Below, piece by piece: positions 50,803-63,144 of a stretch of DNA of 64,000 nt (positions are counted from its first letter, which is position 1; every line of letters begins with the position of its first letter). Source of the stretch: Escherichia coli (GTDB lineage Bacteria; Pseudomonadota; Gammaproteobacteria; Enterobacterales; Enterobacteriaceae); the NCBI RefSeq assembly GCF_044324785.1, contig NZ_CP172127.1; one strand, written 5' to 3'. The translations under genes and the position numbers were made by a program. Under the pieces are notes generated by a model. It was given only the letters and a program-made list of their open reading frames with translations. It searched no databases and was not told the DNA's origin.

Positions 50803-50832
50803 ACGGCAGGAGAGATACCCCTGCCGTTTTTT
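50803..50832. terminator. bidirectional rho-independent terminator between gltX and yfeD
   Basis: acggcagg agagatacc cctgccgt followed by ttttt. Confidence 0.6.
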
Positions 50833-50834
50833 AT

Positions 50835-51227
50835 TTATTCTGATTCATCTATGTCGAGACGAGCAAGGAAATTACGAATTCCTTCGCGTGACAAAAATTG
50901 CGCAACTTTTTCCTGCTCACTGTGAGTCATGTTGTCTATTGCGCTGATGATTTGCCGATAAGCAGGAGTGCGAATCCCCGGTGCGTATTCGGCAAGGGGT
51001 TCTTCGGCTTCCAGAAGCATCGGCGTGTTATGGAAGGCTGGCGTGTTCTGAATAAACTCGCAAACTTGCGTATCGACCAGAATAAGTCTGGCACGACCGC
51101 CTTTCACGCCAGGAAATTTTTCCGTTTTCCAGCCTTTTTCTCTGATCCAACGGTTAACAGTTTGTTTAGCCACACCGAGGCATTCAGCCAGTTCTTCGGT
51201 GGTCATTTTATTGCGTAATCTTTTCAT
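50835..51227 (-). CDS. yfeD: DUF1323-family putative DNA-binding protein
   Basis: 130 aa MKRLRNKMTTEELAECLGVAKQTVNRWIREKGWKTEKFPGVKGGRARLILVD...; paralog of the adjacent ORF. Confidence 0.75.
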   Translation of the reverse strand: MKRLRNKMTTEELAECLGVAKQTVNRWIREKGWKTEKFPGVKGGRARLILVDTQVCEFIQNTPAFHNTPMLLEAEEPLAEYAPGIRTPAYRQIISAIDNMTHSEQEKVAQFLSREGIRNFLARLDIDESE

Positions 51228-51228
51228 A

Positions 51229-51573
51229 TTATTTGCTATCGCGAATCCCTAAGCGTTGTAATAATCCGATAATCCCTTCCCGCAGAAGCAAGGATGTAAA
51301 CTGTTTTTGTTCAACTGGCGTCATCTCTTTCGCCAGTGTCACCAGCAACACTTCAAGCGGCGCATCACCAGACAGGGCAGGCGCTTCTCCCTGACCTTCT
51401 GGACGTTCAGCATTGCGAATATATTCACGAACCTGTTCATTGACGTGAACCAGTCGGGCTTTGCCACCCTGGACGCCTGGTTTTGGTGACGTTGTCCAGC
51501 CTTCCTTGCGTACCCATTTATTAATGGTCTGGCGGCTATAGCCGGTCAGTCTGGCAAGTTCATCTGGCGTCAT
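51229..51573 (-). CDS. yfeC: DUF1323-family putative DNA-binding protein
   Basis: 114 aa from the internal ATG preceded by AAGGAGAGG (MTPDELARLTGYSRQTINKWVRKEGWTTSPKPGVQGGKARLVHVN...); track ORF extends 5 codons upstream. Confidence 0.75.
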   Translation of the reverse strand: MTPDELARLTGYSRQTINKWVRKEGWTTSPKPGVQGGKARLVHVNEQVREYIRNAERPEGQGEAPALSGDAPLEVLLVTLAKEMTPVEQKQFTSLLLREGIIGLLQRLGIRDSK

Positions 51574-51747
51574 CCTCTCCTTGAACATAACAATTCCCTG
51601 AATGTATGTGGGTCTATTAGTAGTTCATTTTATAACACCACTTTACAGGAAACCGTGACATGAATAACTACTGAATGCGAGCGGTTTTCCAAAATTGTTC
51701 ATTTGCCTGATTTTTCAGCGATTGAAACTACACGTTGCAATTTGCCG

Positions 51748-51776
51748 TTGACACATTCGGGCGGAATTCATATGAT
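51748..51776 (+). promoter_or_regulatory. sigma70 promoter of the alaX-alaW tRNA operon
   Basis: TTGACA, 17-nt spacer, TATGAT, then GC-rich discriminator gccgcccg, about 30 nt upstream of the first tRNA-Ala. Confidence 0.55.
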
Positions 51777-51808
51777 GCCGCCCGTCAACTCGACAAGCTT
51801 TACGTGAC

Positions 51809-51884
<76 letters not shown>

Positions 51885-51923
51885 AATTTTGCACCCAGCA
51901 AATTTGGTACGTAAACGCATCGT

Positions 51924-51999
<76 letters not shown>

Positions 52000-52008
52000 A
52001 ATTTCCAA

Positions 52009-52035
52009 CCCTCGCTGCAAAGCGGGGGTTTTTTG
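52009..52035 (+). terminator. rho-independent terminator after the tRNA-Ala pair
   Basis: ccctcgct gcaa agcggggg followed by ttttttg. Confidence 0.6.
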
Positions 52036-52206
52036 TCTCTGCTTTTTGCCGCTTTTGTAATACAGTCTACGTCCGGGTTAGCGCCGCCTGGTGAAAGCAT
52101 CATTGGATGAAAAATCGGCAACAGGCTGGCCCCTGTTTGCTTCGCGATGCGAATAAACTTATTATTTGTGTGCCTGAAAACCCCGATCAGTGAGAGTAGT
52201 GTACTC

Positions 52207-54396
52207 ATGTTTGTGGAGCATAACCTGATAAAAAATATCAAGATATTCACACTAGCGTTTACGCTCACCGTGGTACTTATTCAGCTATCCCGTTTTATTT
52301 CGCCACTTGCCATTATCCATTCCAGTTATATCTTTCTGGCGTGGATGCCACTGTGCGTAATGCTGTCAATCTTGTTTATCTTTGGCTGGCGCGGTGTCGT
52401 TCCCGTTTTATGCGGGATGTTTTGCACCAATCTGTGGAACTTTCATCTCTCTTTTTTACAGACTGCGGTCATGCTCGGCAGCCAGACGTTTGTCGTGTTG
52501 TGTGCCTGCGCAATATTACGCTGGCAGCTGGGGACGCGTTGGCGTTATGGTTTGACCAGCCGATATGTCTGGCAACGTCTGTTCTGGCTTGGTTTGGTGA
52601 CGCCGATCGGCATCAAATGCAGCATGTATCTTGTGGGGAGCTTTTTTGATTTCCCGCTAAAGATATCCACCTTTTTCGGCGATGCGGATGCCATTTTCAC
52701 AGTCGTTGATTTACTAAGCCTTTTCACCGCTGTGCTGATTTACAACATGCTTTTCTACTATCTCACTCGCATGATTGTAAGTCCCCACTTTGCGCAGATA
52801 TTGTGGCGCAGGGATATCGCTCCGTCGTTGGGCAAAGAGAAACGCGCATTTACCTTAAGCTGGCTGGCAGCGTTAAGCGTGCTGCTACTTCTGCTGTGCA
52901 CACCGTATGAAAATGACTTTATTGCCGGTTACCTGGTGCCCGTTTTCTTCATTATCTTTACCCTCGGGGTCGGTAAGCTCCGCTATCCGTTTTTAAATCT
53001 CACCTGGGCTGTTTCAACGCTTTGCCTTCTGAATTACAACCAGAACTTTTTGCAAGGGGTGGAAACCGAATATTCGCTGGCATTTATTCTCGCAGTGCTG
53101 ATTTCCTTTAGCGTTTGCCTGCTCTATATGGTGCGCATTTATCATCGCAGTGAATGGCTTAATCGCCGCTGGCATTTGCAGGCGCTGACCGATCCGTTAA
53201 CGCTCCTACCCAACTTTCGTGCGTTAGAACAAGCGCCGGAGCAAGAGGCGGGCAAGAGTTTTTGCTGCCTGCGCATTGATAATCTTGAGTTTATGAGCCG
53301 TCATTACGGCTTAATGATGCGCGTTCACTGTATCCGATCAATTTACCGTACGCTGCTGCCGTTGATGCAGGAAAACGAAAAGTTGTATCAATTGCCGGGT
53401 AGTGAACTGCTGTTAGTGCTGAGTGGACCGGAAACGGAAGGGCGACTCCAGCATATGGTTAACATCCTGAATAGTCGGCAAATTCACTGGAACAATACCG
53501 GGCTGGATATGGGCTATGGTGCTGCCTGGGGGCGTTTTGATGGAAATCAGGAAACCCTGCAACCCTTGTTGGGGCAGTTAAGCTGGCTGGCGGAGCAATC
53601 CTGCGCACATCACCATGTGCTGGCGCTGGATAGCAGAGAGGAGATGGTTTCCGGGCAGACCACTAAACAGGTGCTATTGCTGAATACCATTCGTACGGCG
53701 TTAGATCAGGGTGATTTGCTGCTCTACGCCCAGCCAATTCGCAACAAAGAGGGTGAAGGTTATGATGAGATCCTCGCGCGACTGAAATATGACGGCGGCA
53801 TTATGACCCCGGATAAGTTTCTGCCCCTTATTGCTCAGTTTAACCTTAGCGCGCGTTTTGATTTGCAAGTGCTGGAATCCCTGTTGAAGTGGCTGGCAAC
53901 ACATCCTTGCGACAAAAAAGGCCCGCGCTTTTCAGTCAATTTAATGCCGCTCACGCTGCTGCAAAAGAATATTGCCGGGCGGATTATTCGTCTGTTTAAG
54001 CGTTATCACATCTCCCCGCAGGCGGTCATTCTTGAGATCACCGAGGAGCAGGCGTTTTCTAACGCAGAAAGCAGCATGTACAACATCGAGCAACTGCATA
54101 AGTTTGGTTTCCGGATTGCGATTGATGACTTTGGCACCGGCTATGCCAACTACGAACGGTTAAAGCGTTTGCAGGCTGATATCATCAAAATTGATGGCGT
54201 CTTTGTGAAAGATATCGTCACGAATACGCTGGATGCGATGATTGTGAGATCAATTACCGATCTGGCGAAAGCAAAGTCATTGAGTGTAGTCGCGGAGTTT
54301 GTCGAGACGCAACAGCAGCAGGCGCTATTACATAAGCTCGGAGTGCAATATCTGCAAGGGTATTTGATTGGTCGCCCGCAGCCATTAGCTGATTAA
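52207..54396 (+). CDS. pdeA: membrane-anchored c-di-GMP phosphodiesterase (MASE1, degenerate GGDEF, EAL)
   Basis: 729 aa from ATG at 52207 (MFVEHNLIKNIKIFTLAFTL...); N-terminal polytopic region and C-terminal EAL domain. Confidence 0.8.
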   Translation: MFVEHNLIKNIKIFTLAFTLTVVLIQLSRFISPLAIIHSSYIFLAWMPLCVMLSILFIFGWRGVVPVLCGMFCTNLWNFHLSFLQTAVMLGSQTFVVLCACAILRWQLGTRWRYGLTSRYVWQRLFWLGLVTPIGIKCSMYLVGSFFDFPLKISTFFGDADAIFTVVDLLSLFTAVLIYNMLFYYLTRMIVSPHFAQILWRRDIAPSLGKEKRAFTLSWLAALSVLLLLLCTPYENDFIAGYLVPVFFIIFTLGVGKLRYPFLNLTWAVSTLCLLNYNQNFLQGVETEYSLAFILAVLISFSVCLLYMVRIYHRSEWLNRRWHLQALTDPLTLLPNFRALEQAPEQEAGKSFCCLRIDNLEFMSRHYGLMMRVHCIRSIYRTLLPLMQENEKLYQLPGSELLLVLSGPETEGRLQHMVNILNSRQIHWNNTGLDMGYGAAWGRFDGNQETLQPLLGQLSWLAEQSCAHHHVLALDSREEMVSGQTTKQVLLLNTIRTALDQGDLLLYAQPIRNKEGEGYDEILARLKYDGGIMTPDKFLPLIAQFNLSARFDLQVLESLLKWLATHPCDKKGPRFSVNLMPLTLLQKNIAGRIIRLFKRYHISPQAVILEITEEQAFSNAESSMYNIEQLHKFGFRIAIDDFGTGYANYERLKRLQADIIKIDGVFVKDIVTNTLDAMIVRSITDLAKAKSLSVVAEFVETQQQQALLHKLGVQYLQGYLIGRPQPLAD

Positions 54397-54403
54397 CAGG
54401 CGT

Positions 54404-54436
54404 AAAAAAGCCGGGGAATGATCCCCGGCTTTTTTA
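54404..54436. terminator. bidirectional rho-independent terminator between pdeA and nupC
   Basis: aaaaaagccgggga atgatc cccggctttttt. Confidence 0.7.
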
Positions 54437-54445
54437 TGTATGGTT

Positions 54446-55648
54446 TTACAGCACCAGTGCTGCGATTGACGCAGACAGCACACTCACCAGGGTAGAGCCG
54501 TAAACCAGCTTCAGACCGAAGCGAGAAACCACGTTACCTTGCTCTTCATTCAGGCCTTTAACTGCACCTGCGATAATCCCGATTGAAGAGAAGTTAGCGA
54601 AGGAAACCAGGAACACAGAGATGATGCCTTCAGCACGCGGAGAGAGCGTGGAAGCAATTTTCTGCAGATCCATCATCGCAACGAACTCGTTGGAAACCAG
54701 TTTGGTCGCCATGATACTGCCCACTTGCAGTGCTTCACTGGAAGGAACACCCATCACCCATGCAATCGGATAGAAGATGTAGCCCAGGATGCCCTGGAAG
54801 GAGATGCTGTAGCCAAACCAGCCAGTCACGGTGGCAAACAGTGCGTTCAGCGCGGCGATCAGGGCGATAAAGCCGATCAGCATCGCGGCAACGATAATGG
54901 CAACTTTGAAACCTGCCAGAATGTATTCACCCAGCATTTCGAAGAAGCTCTGACCTTCGTGCAGGTTGGACATCTGGATGTTTTCTTCACTGGCATCAAC
55001 ACGGTAAGGGTTGATCAGCGACAGCACGATAAAGGTGCTGAACATGTTCAGTACCAGTGCCGCAACGACGTATTTCGGTTCCAGCATGGTCATGTATGCA
55101 CCAACGATGGACATCGACACGGTGGACATCGCCGTGGCAGCCATGGTGTACATGCGATTGCGGGAGATTTTGCCGAGGATATCTTTATAGGCAATAAAGT
55201 TTTCAGACTGACCCAGAATCAGGGAGCTGACGGCGTTAAAGGATTCCAGTTTGCCCATGCCGTTGACTTTGGAGAGCAGGAAACCAATTGCGCGGATAAT
55301 CACCGGCAACACGCGAATGTGCTGGAGAATACCGATCAGTGCAGAGATAAAGACGATTGGGCACAGCACTTTAAGGAAGAAGAATGCCAGGCCTTGATCA
55401 TTCATGCTACCAAAGACGAAGTTAGTCCCTTCGTTGGCAAATCCGAGCAGTTTTTCAAACATTTCGGAGAAGCCTTTCACGAAGCCTAAACCAACGTCGG
55501 AGTTCAGGAAGAACCACGCCAGTAACACTTCGATAACAAGCAGTTGAATAACATAACGGATACGAATTTTTTTGCGGTCGCTGCTTACCAGCAGTGCGAG
55601 AATCGCAACAACGGCAAGTGCCAGTACAAAATGAAGGACGCGGTCCAT
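54446..55648 (-). CDS. nupC: nucleoside:H+ symporter (CNT family)
   Basis: 400 aa from ATG at 55648 ([22 protein letters not shown]...). Confidence 0.9.
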
Positions 55649-55915
55649 ATTTGCTCCAAATATGAGGCAGGTTAAATTTCCGTGCACATTCTATGTAACA
55701 TGGTTAAGGAAAACGAGATCTGACACACACTATAATGACGTCCTGTGACAAGCTTCAAAAATAGTGAGCTGTCATACATTTCTGCTATGTTGTGTATGGA
55801 AGCTGAAAGTTATGTAAATGTGCTAACATTAAACATAACCATAACATTCAAGTCATCAATCTTTTCGTAGTCATAATCCTGGTCTATCAGAGAAATCACC
55901 ACAACCCATTTAAAT

Positions 55916-55934
55916 GAATTTGATAATCATTCTC
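55916..55934. promoter_or_regulatory. Fur box upstream of mntH
   Basis: gaatttgataatcattctc matches the Fur consensus GATAATGATAATCATTATC at about 15 of 19 positions. Confidence 0.5.
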
Positions 55935-55949
55935 GTTTGGCATAGCATG

Positions 55950-55971
55950 AAACATAGCAAAGGCTATGTTT
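55950..55971. promoter_or_regulatory. MntR operator upstream of mntH
   Basis: Palindrome aaacatagc aaag gctatgttt ending 13 nt before the mntH ATG. Confidence 0.5.
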
Positions 55972-55974
55972 TAG

Positions 55975-57222
<1,248 letters not shown>

Positions 57223-57250
57223 TTCAACTGGCGTCGTACCAGGCATCACT

Positions 57251-57285
57251 GGCGGATGCGGCGTAAAACGCCTTATCCGCCCTAC
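57251..57285. repeat. REP element (first of a BIME pair)
   Basis: ggcggatgcggcgtaaaacgccttatccgccctac. Confidence 0.65.
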
Positions 57286-57303
57286 GCGTTAAAGAGACGG
57301 TTT

Positions 57304-57340
57304 GTAGGCCCGATAAGACGCACTAGCGTCGCATCAGGCC
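57304..57340. repeat. REP element (second, inverted orientation)
   Basis: gtaggcccgataagacgcactagcgtcgcatcaggcc. Confidence 0.65.
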
Positions 57341-57363
57341 TTGTGCTCCATTGGCAAATGTGT

Positions 57364-57690
57364 TTAATGGCGGTGTCCATGTCCGCGGCCTTTTCCGCGA
57401 TGATCGTCACGATCGCGCCAGCCTTCACGATAGCCACGCTCATACGCTTTACGCTTATCCCAGCCACGATGGTAGCCATTATCATGACGCCACCAGCGGT
57501 TTTTACGCCATTCATAATTGCGATGCCAGTAGTCACGGTCGCGCCAGTGACCACCGTCCCAGTAATTACCGTAATGATCGCGATCGCCAATTTGTAATTT
57601 GATTGATGGCAGTAGGGTGATTTCACCTGCGTTTGCCGCAAGCGGGGTAAATGCCATCAGGGCGGCCGCCAGAAACAGTGACCTGAACAT
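57364..57690 (-). CDS. ypeC: secreted DUF2502-family protein, His/Arg/Trp/Tyr-rich
   Basis: 108 aa with signal peptide [21 protein letters not shown]; low-complexity C-terminus ...[17 protein letters not shown]. Confidence 0.75.
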
Positions 57691-57804
57691 TGTTATTCTC
57701 CTTCACGATCGAAGCCGTCAGCGGCCTGTTAACGCAATATTACGGGGAGGTAAAGCCCCGTATCATCGCCATAACTCTTAAATCATAAAGGAGAGCATTT
57801 TTTG

Positions 57805-59061
57805 CTAAACGTTATCGTGGGGTGGCTGTTGCTTCGGACGATTGACCATCATCATCGGCTTACCTGCTAATAACAGCCATGCCGGAAGCATGACGATACA
57901 GAGCAGCGGTAGCAATGTGGTATTGGGTACAACGACTGCCGCCATAAAAAGACTTAACCAGCCATCGCGTGTTACCACCAGCACGATGCCGAGAATAGCG
58001 CAGGAAACGGTTATTGCCGCTGGAACGGCGGGAACGTGCTCATGCAGCATCAACCCTAATGCCACGCCGACAAACACTGCCGGGAAGATTCGCCCACCGC
58101 GAAAGCCACTGGCGGCAGCAACGACCAGGGCGGCAAGTTTAATTACCGCCAGCAAAAAGTAATCGCTGGTGCTGAAAGCCTGATTTGCCACCATCTGCTG
58201 CATCTCATCCAGCCCTTTAAACAGCGAAACTGGTCCACCAATAACCCCCAGAATACCGAGAATAAATCCGCCAATACCCAGCACGAGCACCGGATTTTTC
58301 ATTTGATGCATCATCGCGTGCAACCGTGGTAAGCACCATACGGCGACCATCCCTGCTGCGATGGCAATCGCCGCGACAATTGCACCGCTGAGAATATCGG
58401 TCATTTGCATCTGTCCGTAATGCGCAATGGGCAGTGAAAAATGAGGATGGAAAAATAATCCGGTAGTTAGTGCACCAGCTGCTGCCGCCATTAACGGCGC
58501 AAAGAGACGATCCCATAGCGGAACTTCACTACTGCCATTTAAGGTTTGCGAAAATATCAACGCCGCTGCAACAGGTGTGCCAAACAGCGCGCCGATGGTT
58601 CCGGCAGAGGATAAAATAGTCCACTCCATTCGGTTGACGCGCGGTAACAGACGAGCGCCAATGGCAACCGCAAGGGCGATATTGACGGTCATGATCGGAT
58701 GTTCTGGCCCCAGGCTGACGCCACCAGCAAGACCAAGAATTAATGCTACGATAAGTCCTGGTAGCGCAGAGGGCGGAACTGGTGCGCCGATCAGCGGTTC
58801 ACAGGCGGGGTCTGGTCCGGCATGACCCTGGCTGAAACGGATAACCAACCCCACTGCAATACCCGTTAGCGTTAATATACCGATGATCCAGAGAGGTGAA
58901 TCCTGGGCTATCCCCAGAGTTCCCGGCAGTCGTTGCCAGAGCAAATTCTGTAATACCGAGGCGATTTTCATCACCACAATCAGAATAAGACTGGACGCAA
59001 TCCCAATTGCCACGGCGGGGAGCGATAATAACAACATGGTTCTGGCTCGCGGATGGAGCAT
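57805..59061 (-). CDS. yfeO: ClC-family putative ion channel/transporter
   Basis: 418-aa polytopic membrane protein with ClC-like GxGIP-type segments. Confidence 0.8.
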   Translation of the reverse strand: MLHPRARTMLLLSLPAVAIGIASSLILIVVMKIASVLQNLLWQRLPGTLGIAQDSPLWIIGILTLTGIAVGLVIRFSQGHAGPDPACEPLIGAPVPPSALPGLIVALILGLAGGVSLGPEHPIMTVNIALAVAIGARLLPRVNRMEWTILSSAGTIGALFGTPVAAALIFSQTLNGSSEVPLWDRLFAPLMAAAAGALTTGLFFHPHFSLPIAHYGQMQMTDILSGAIVAAIAIAAGMVAVWCLPRLHAMMHQMKNPVLVLGIGGFILGILGVIGGPVSLFKGLDEMQQMVANQAFSTSDYFLLAVIKLAALVVAAASGFRGGRIFPAVFVGVALGLMLHEHVPAVPAAITVSCAILGIVLVVTRDGWLSLFMAAVVVPNTTLLPLLCIVMLPAWLLLAGKPMMMVNRPKQQPPHDNV

Positions 59062-59264
59062 GTTCTATTCCTTATGCGGGGTCAGATACTTAGTTTGCCC
59101 AGCTTGCAAAAAGGCATCGCTGCAATTGGTGCTGAAACGATAAAGTAATTGTGTGACCCAGATCGATATTTACAGGGAGCCTGCCTTTCCGGCGTTGTTG
59201 TTATGCCCCCAGGTATTTACAGTGTGAGAAAGAATTATTTTGACTTTAGCGGAGCAGTTGAAGA

Positions 59265-60230
59265 ATGACAAAGTATGCATTAGTCGGTGATGTGGGCGGC
59301 ACCAACGCACGTCTTGCTCTGTGTGATATTGCCAGTGGTGAAATCTCGCAGGCTAAGACCTATTCAGGGCTTGATTACCCCAGCCTCGAAGCGGTCATTC
59401 GCGTTTATCTTGAAGAACATAAGGTCGAGGTGAAAGACGGCTGTATTGCCATCGCTTGCCCAATTACCGGTGACTGGGTGGCAATGACCAACCATACCTG
59501 GGCGTTCTCAATTGCCGAAATGAAAAAGAATCTCGGTTTTAGCCATCTGGAAATTATTAACGATTTTACCGCTGTATCGATGGCGATCCCGATGCTGAAA
59601 AAAGAGCATCTGATTCAGTTTGGTGGCGCAGAACCGGTCGAAGGTAAGCCTATTGCGGTTTACGGTGCCGGAACGGGGCTTGGGGTTGCGCATCTGGTCC
59701 ATGTAGATAAGCGTTGGGTAAGCTTGCCAGGCGAAGGCGGTCACGTTGATTTTGCGCCGAATAGTGAAGAAGAGGCCATTATCCTCGAAATACTGCGTGC
59801 AGAAATTGGTCATGTTTCGGCAGAGCGCGTGCTTTCTGGCCCAGGACTGGTGAATTTGTATCGCGCGATTGTGAAAGCCGACAACCGCCTGCCAGAAAAT
59901 CTCAAGCCAAAAGATATTACCGAACGCGCGCTGGCTGACAGCTGCACCGATTGCCGCCGCGCGTTGTCGCTGTTTTGCGTCATTATGGGCCGTTTTGGCG
60001 GCAATCTGGCGCTCAATCTCGGGACATTTGGCGGCGTGTTTATTGCGGGTGGTATCGTGCCGCGCTTCCTTGAGTTCTTCAAAGCCTCTGGTTTCCGTGC
60101 CGCATTTGAAGATAAAGGGCGCTTTAAAGAATATGTCCATGATATTCCGGTGTATCTCATCGTCCATGACAATCCGGGCCTTCTTGGTTCCGGTGCACAT
60201 TTACGCCAGACCTTAGGTCACATTCTGTAA
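59265..60230 (+). CDS. glk: glucokinase
   Basis: 321 aa [52 protein letters not shown]... Confidence 0.95.
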   Translation: MTKYALVGDVGGTNARLALCDIASGEISQAKTYSGLDYPSLEAVIRVYLEEHKVEVKDGCIAIACPITGDWVAMTNHTWAFSIAEMKKNLGFSHLEIINDFTAVSMAIPMLKKEHLIQFGGAEPVEGKPIAVYGAGTGLGVAHLVHVDKRWVSLPGEGGHVDFAPNSEEEAIILEILRAEIGHVSAERVLSGPGLVNLYRAIVKADNRLPENLKPKDITERALADSCTDCRRALSLFCVIMGRFGGNLALNLGTFGGVFIAGGIVPRFLEFFKASGFRAAFEDKGRFKEYVHDIPVYLIVHDNPGLLGSGAHLRQTLGHIL

Positions 60231-60448
60231 CTCCTTCCTGTTATATCGGGAGATAACTCTCCCGATAATCTTTTAAATCATACAGTTAATTAAACTTTTC
60301 TTTGTGTCCCCTCACAAGGCCGACCTGCGTCACACTTCCGTACAGCGGGATTAATTCTCCAGTAAATGCATTATTTGTCTGGTAACGGCGATTTGTTTTG
60401 CACGTTCATAATTTCACTCGTCAACTATCACTGAACGAGGAATTAACG

Positions 60449-60775
60449 ATGAGTAAGAAACTGATTGCTTTATGTGCGTGCCCGATGGGCCTGGCTCACA
60501 CCTTTATGGCCGCTCAGGCGCTGGAAGAAGCGGCGGTAGAAGCCGGTTATGAAGTGAAAATTGAAACCCAGGGTGCGGACGGCATCCAGAATCGTCTGAC
60601 CGCGCAGGATATCGCCGAAGCGACCATCATCATCCACTCCGTGGCGGTTACGCCGGAAGATAACGAACGTTTCGAATCACGCGACGTTTATGAAATCACT
60701 TTGCAGGACGCAATTAAAAACGCTGCGGGCATCATCAAAGAAATCGAAGAGATGATTGCCTCTGAACAACAGTAA
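60449..60775 (+). CDS. fryB: PTS fructose-like EIIB component
   Basis: 108 aa from ATG at 60449 (MSKKLIALCACPMGLAHTFMAAQALEEAA...), Cys phosphorylation site. Confidence 0.8.
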   Translation: MSKKLIALCACPMGLAHTFMAAQALEEAAVEAGYEVKIETQGADGIQNRLTAQDIAEATIIIHSVAVTPEDNERFESRDVYEITLQDAIKNAAGIIKEIEEMIASEQQ

Positions 60776-60796
60776 TATTCGACAGGGATAATTGTT

Positions 60797-62044
60797 ATGG
60801 CCATTAAAAAACGCAGTGCAACCGTTGTGCCTGGCGCATCCGGTGCGGCAGCGGCAGTTAAGAATCCGCAGGCCTCTAAAAGCAGCTTCTGGGGTGAACT
60901 CTCGCAGCATGTGATGTCAGGGATTTCACGCATGGTGCCGACCTTAATTATGGGCGGTGTGATCCTCGCTTTCAGCCAGCTGATTGCTTATAGCTGGCTT
61001 AAAATTCCTGCTGATATCGGCATCATGGATGCTCTTAATAGCGGGAAATTCTCCGGTTTCGACCTCTCCTTACTGAAATTTGCCTGGTTGTCGCAGTCCT
61101 TCGGCGGCGTGTTGTTTGGTTTTGCCATTCCGATGTTTGCTGCATTTGTGGCGAACTCTATCGGTGGCAAACTGGCGTTCCCGGCTGGTTTTATCGGCGG
61201 GTTGATGTCTACCCAGCCGACGCAACTGCTGAACTTCGATCCCAGCACTATGCAATGGGCGACCTCTTCGCCGGTGCCGTCCACCTTCATTGGTGCCCTG
61301 ATTATTTCTATCGTTGCGGGTTACCTTGTGAAGTGGATGAACCAGAAAATCCAGTTACCGGATTTCCTGTTAGCGTTCAAAACCACATTTTTGCTACCGA
61401 TTCTTTCCGCCATTTTTGTCATGCTGGCGATGTACTACGTCATCACCCCCTTTGGTGGCTGGATCAACGGCGGTATCCGTACCGTGCTGACTGCCGCAGG
61501 TGAGAAGGGCGCGCTGATGTACGCGATGGGGATCGCCGCGGCGACAGCAATCGACCTTGGTGGCCCGATCAACAAAGCAGCTGGTTTCGTTGCCTTCAGC
61601 TTTACCACTGACCACGTATTACCGGTTACCGCGCGTTCCATCGCTATTGTTATTCCGCCGATTGGTCTGGGTCTGGCGACCATTATCGACCGCCGTTTAA
61701 CCGGCAAACGTCTGTTCAGTGCTCAGCTTTATCCGCAGGGTAAAACCGCCATGTTCCTGGCGTTTATGGGGATCAGTGAAGGTGCGATTCCGTTTGCGCT
61801 GGAAAGCCCCATTACCGCCATTCCGTCCTATATGGTCGGCGCGATTGTCGGCTCAACCGCCGCTGTCTGGCTGGGCGCAGTGCAATGGTTCCCGGAGTCC
61901 GCTATCTGGGCATGGCCGCTGGTCACTAACCTCGGCGTCTACATGGCGGGGATCGCGCTGGGGGCAGTCATTACTGCGCTGATGGTGGTGTTCCTGCGTC
62001 TGATGATGTTCCGTAAAGGCAAATTGTTAATCGATAGCCTGTAA
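60797..62044 (+). CDS. fryC: PTS fructose-like EIIC component
   Basis: 415-aa polytopic membrane protein directly downstream of fryB. Confidence 0.8.
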   Translation: MAIKKRSATVVPGASGAAAAVKNPQASKSSFWGELSQHVMSGISRMVPTLIMGGVILAFSQLIAYSWLKIPADIGIMDALNSGKFSGFDLSLLKFAWLSQSFGGVLFGFAIPMFAAFVANSIGGKLAFPAGFIGGLMSTQPTQLLNFDPSTMQWATSSPVPSTFIGALIISIVAGYLVKWMNQKIQLPDFLLAFKTTFLLPILSAIFVMLAMYYVITPFGGWINGGIRTVLTAAGEKGALMYAMGIAAATAIDLGGPINKAAGFVAFSFTTDHVLPVTARSIAIVIPPIGLGLATIIDRRLTGKRLFSAQLYPQGKTAMFLAFMGISEGAIPFALESPITAIPSYMVGAIVGSTAAVWLGAVQWFPESAIWAWPLVTNLGVYMAGIALGAVITALMVVFLRLMMFRKGKLLIDSL

Positions 62045-62058
62045 GAAGGAAAATCCAG

Positions 62059-63144
62059 ATGACATTACTCGCTTCGCTGCGTGACTGGCTTAAGGCGCAA
62101 CAACTGGATGCGGTGCTTCTCTCCTCACGGCAGAACAAACAGCCGCATCTGGGGATCTCCACCGGATCAGGCTATGTGGTGATTAGCCGTGAAAGTGCGC
62201 ACATTCTGGTGGACTCGCGCTATTACGCGGATGTCGAAGCCCGCACGCAAGGTTACCAGCTACATTTGCTTGACGCGACACACACGCTTGCAACCATCGT
62301 CAATAAAATCATTGCCGATGAGCAGTTGCAAACGCTCGGTTTTGAAGGCCAGCAGGTAAATTGGGAAACCGCGCACCGCTGGCAGTCTGAACTCAATGCG
62401 AAACTGGTAAGCGCCACGCCGGATGTGCTGCGGCAAATCAAAACGCCAGAGGAGGTGGAGAAAATCCGCCTCGCCTGTGGGATTGCCGATCGCGGAGCGG
62501 AGCATATTCGCCGCTTTATTCAGGCGGGGATGAGCGAATGCGAGATTGCTGCTGAACTGGAGTGGTTTATGCGCCAGCAGGGCGCAGAAAAAGCCTCTTT
62601 CGATACCATTGTCGCCAGTGGCTGGCGTGGGGCGCTGCCGCACGGCAAAGCCAGCGACAAGATTGTTGCAGCGGGCGAGTTTGTCACTCTCGATTTCGGT
62701 GCGCTGTATCAGGGCTACTGCTCTGATATGACGCGTACCTTGCTGGTGAATGGCGAAGGGGTGAGCGCCGAATCTCACCCGCTGTTTGACGTCTATCAGA
62801 TTGTCCTGCAGGCACAGCTCGCAGCAATCTCCGCGATTCGCCCCGGCGTGCGCTGCCAGCAGGTTGACGATGCCGCGCGCCGGGTCATTACAGAAGCAGG
62901 TTATGGCGACTATTTCGGTCATAACACCGGTCACGCTATCGGCATTGAAGTCCATGAAGATCCGCGTTTTTCACCGCGGGACACCACGACGCTACAGCCA
63001 GGCATGTTGCTGACCGTGGAGCCGGGGATTTATTTGCCAGGGCAAGGGGGCGTGCGCATCGAAGATGTTGTGCTGGTCACCCCGCAAGGCGTAGAAGTGC
63101 TCTACGCCATGCCGAAAACAGTGTTGCTCACGGGAGAGGCATAA
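62059..63144 (+). CDS. ypdF: Xaa-Pro aminopeptidase (M24 family)
   Basis: 361 aa with M24 metal-binding motifs ([13 protein letters not shown]). Confidence 0.8.
   Translation: MTLLASLRDWLKAQQLDAVLLSSRQNKQPHLGISTGSGYVVISRESAHILVDSRYYADVEARTQGYQLHLLDATHTLATIVNKIIADEQLQTLGFEGQQVNWETAHRWQSELNAKLVSATPDVLRQIKTPEEVEKIRLACGIADRGAEHIRRFIQAGMSECEIAAELEWFMRQQGAEKASFDTIVASGWRGALPHGKASDKIVAAGEFVTLDFGALYQGYCSDMTRTLLVNGEGVSAESHPLFDVYQIVLQAQLAAISAIRPGVRCQQVDDAARRVITEAGYGDYFGHNTGHAIGIEVHEDPRFSPRDTTTLQPGMLLTVEPGIYLPGQGGVRIEDVVLVTPQGVEVLYAMPKTVLLTGEA

Noticed and set aside
57256-57641. Plus-strand 113-aa and minus-strand 119-aa ORFs overlapping the ypeC region
   Set aside because: They overlap the REP elements and the ypeC gene, lack ribosome-binding sites, and have repetitive translations caused by the low-complexity ypeC sequence.
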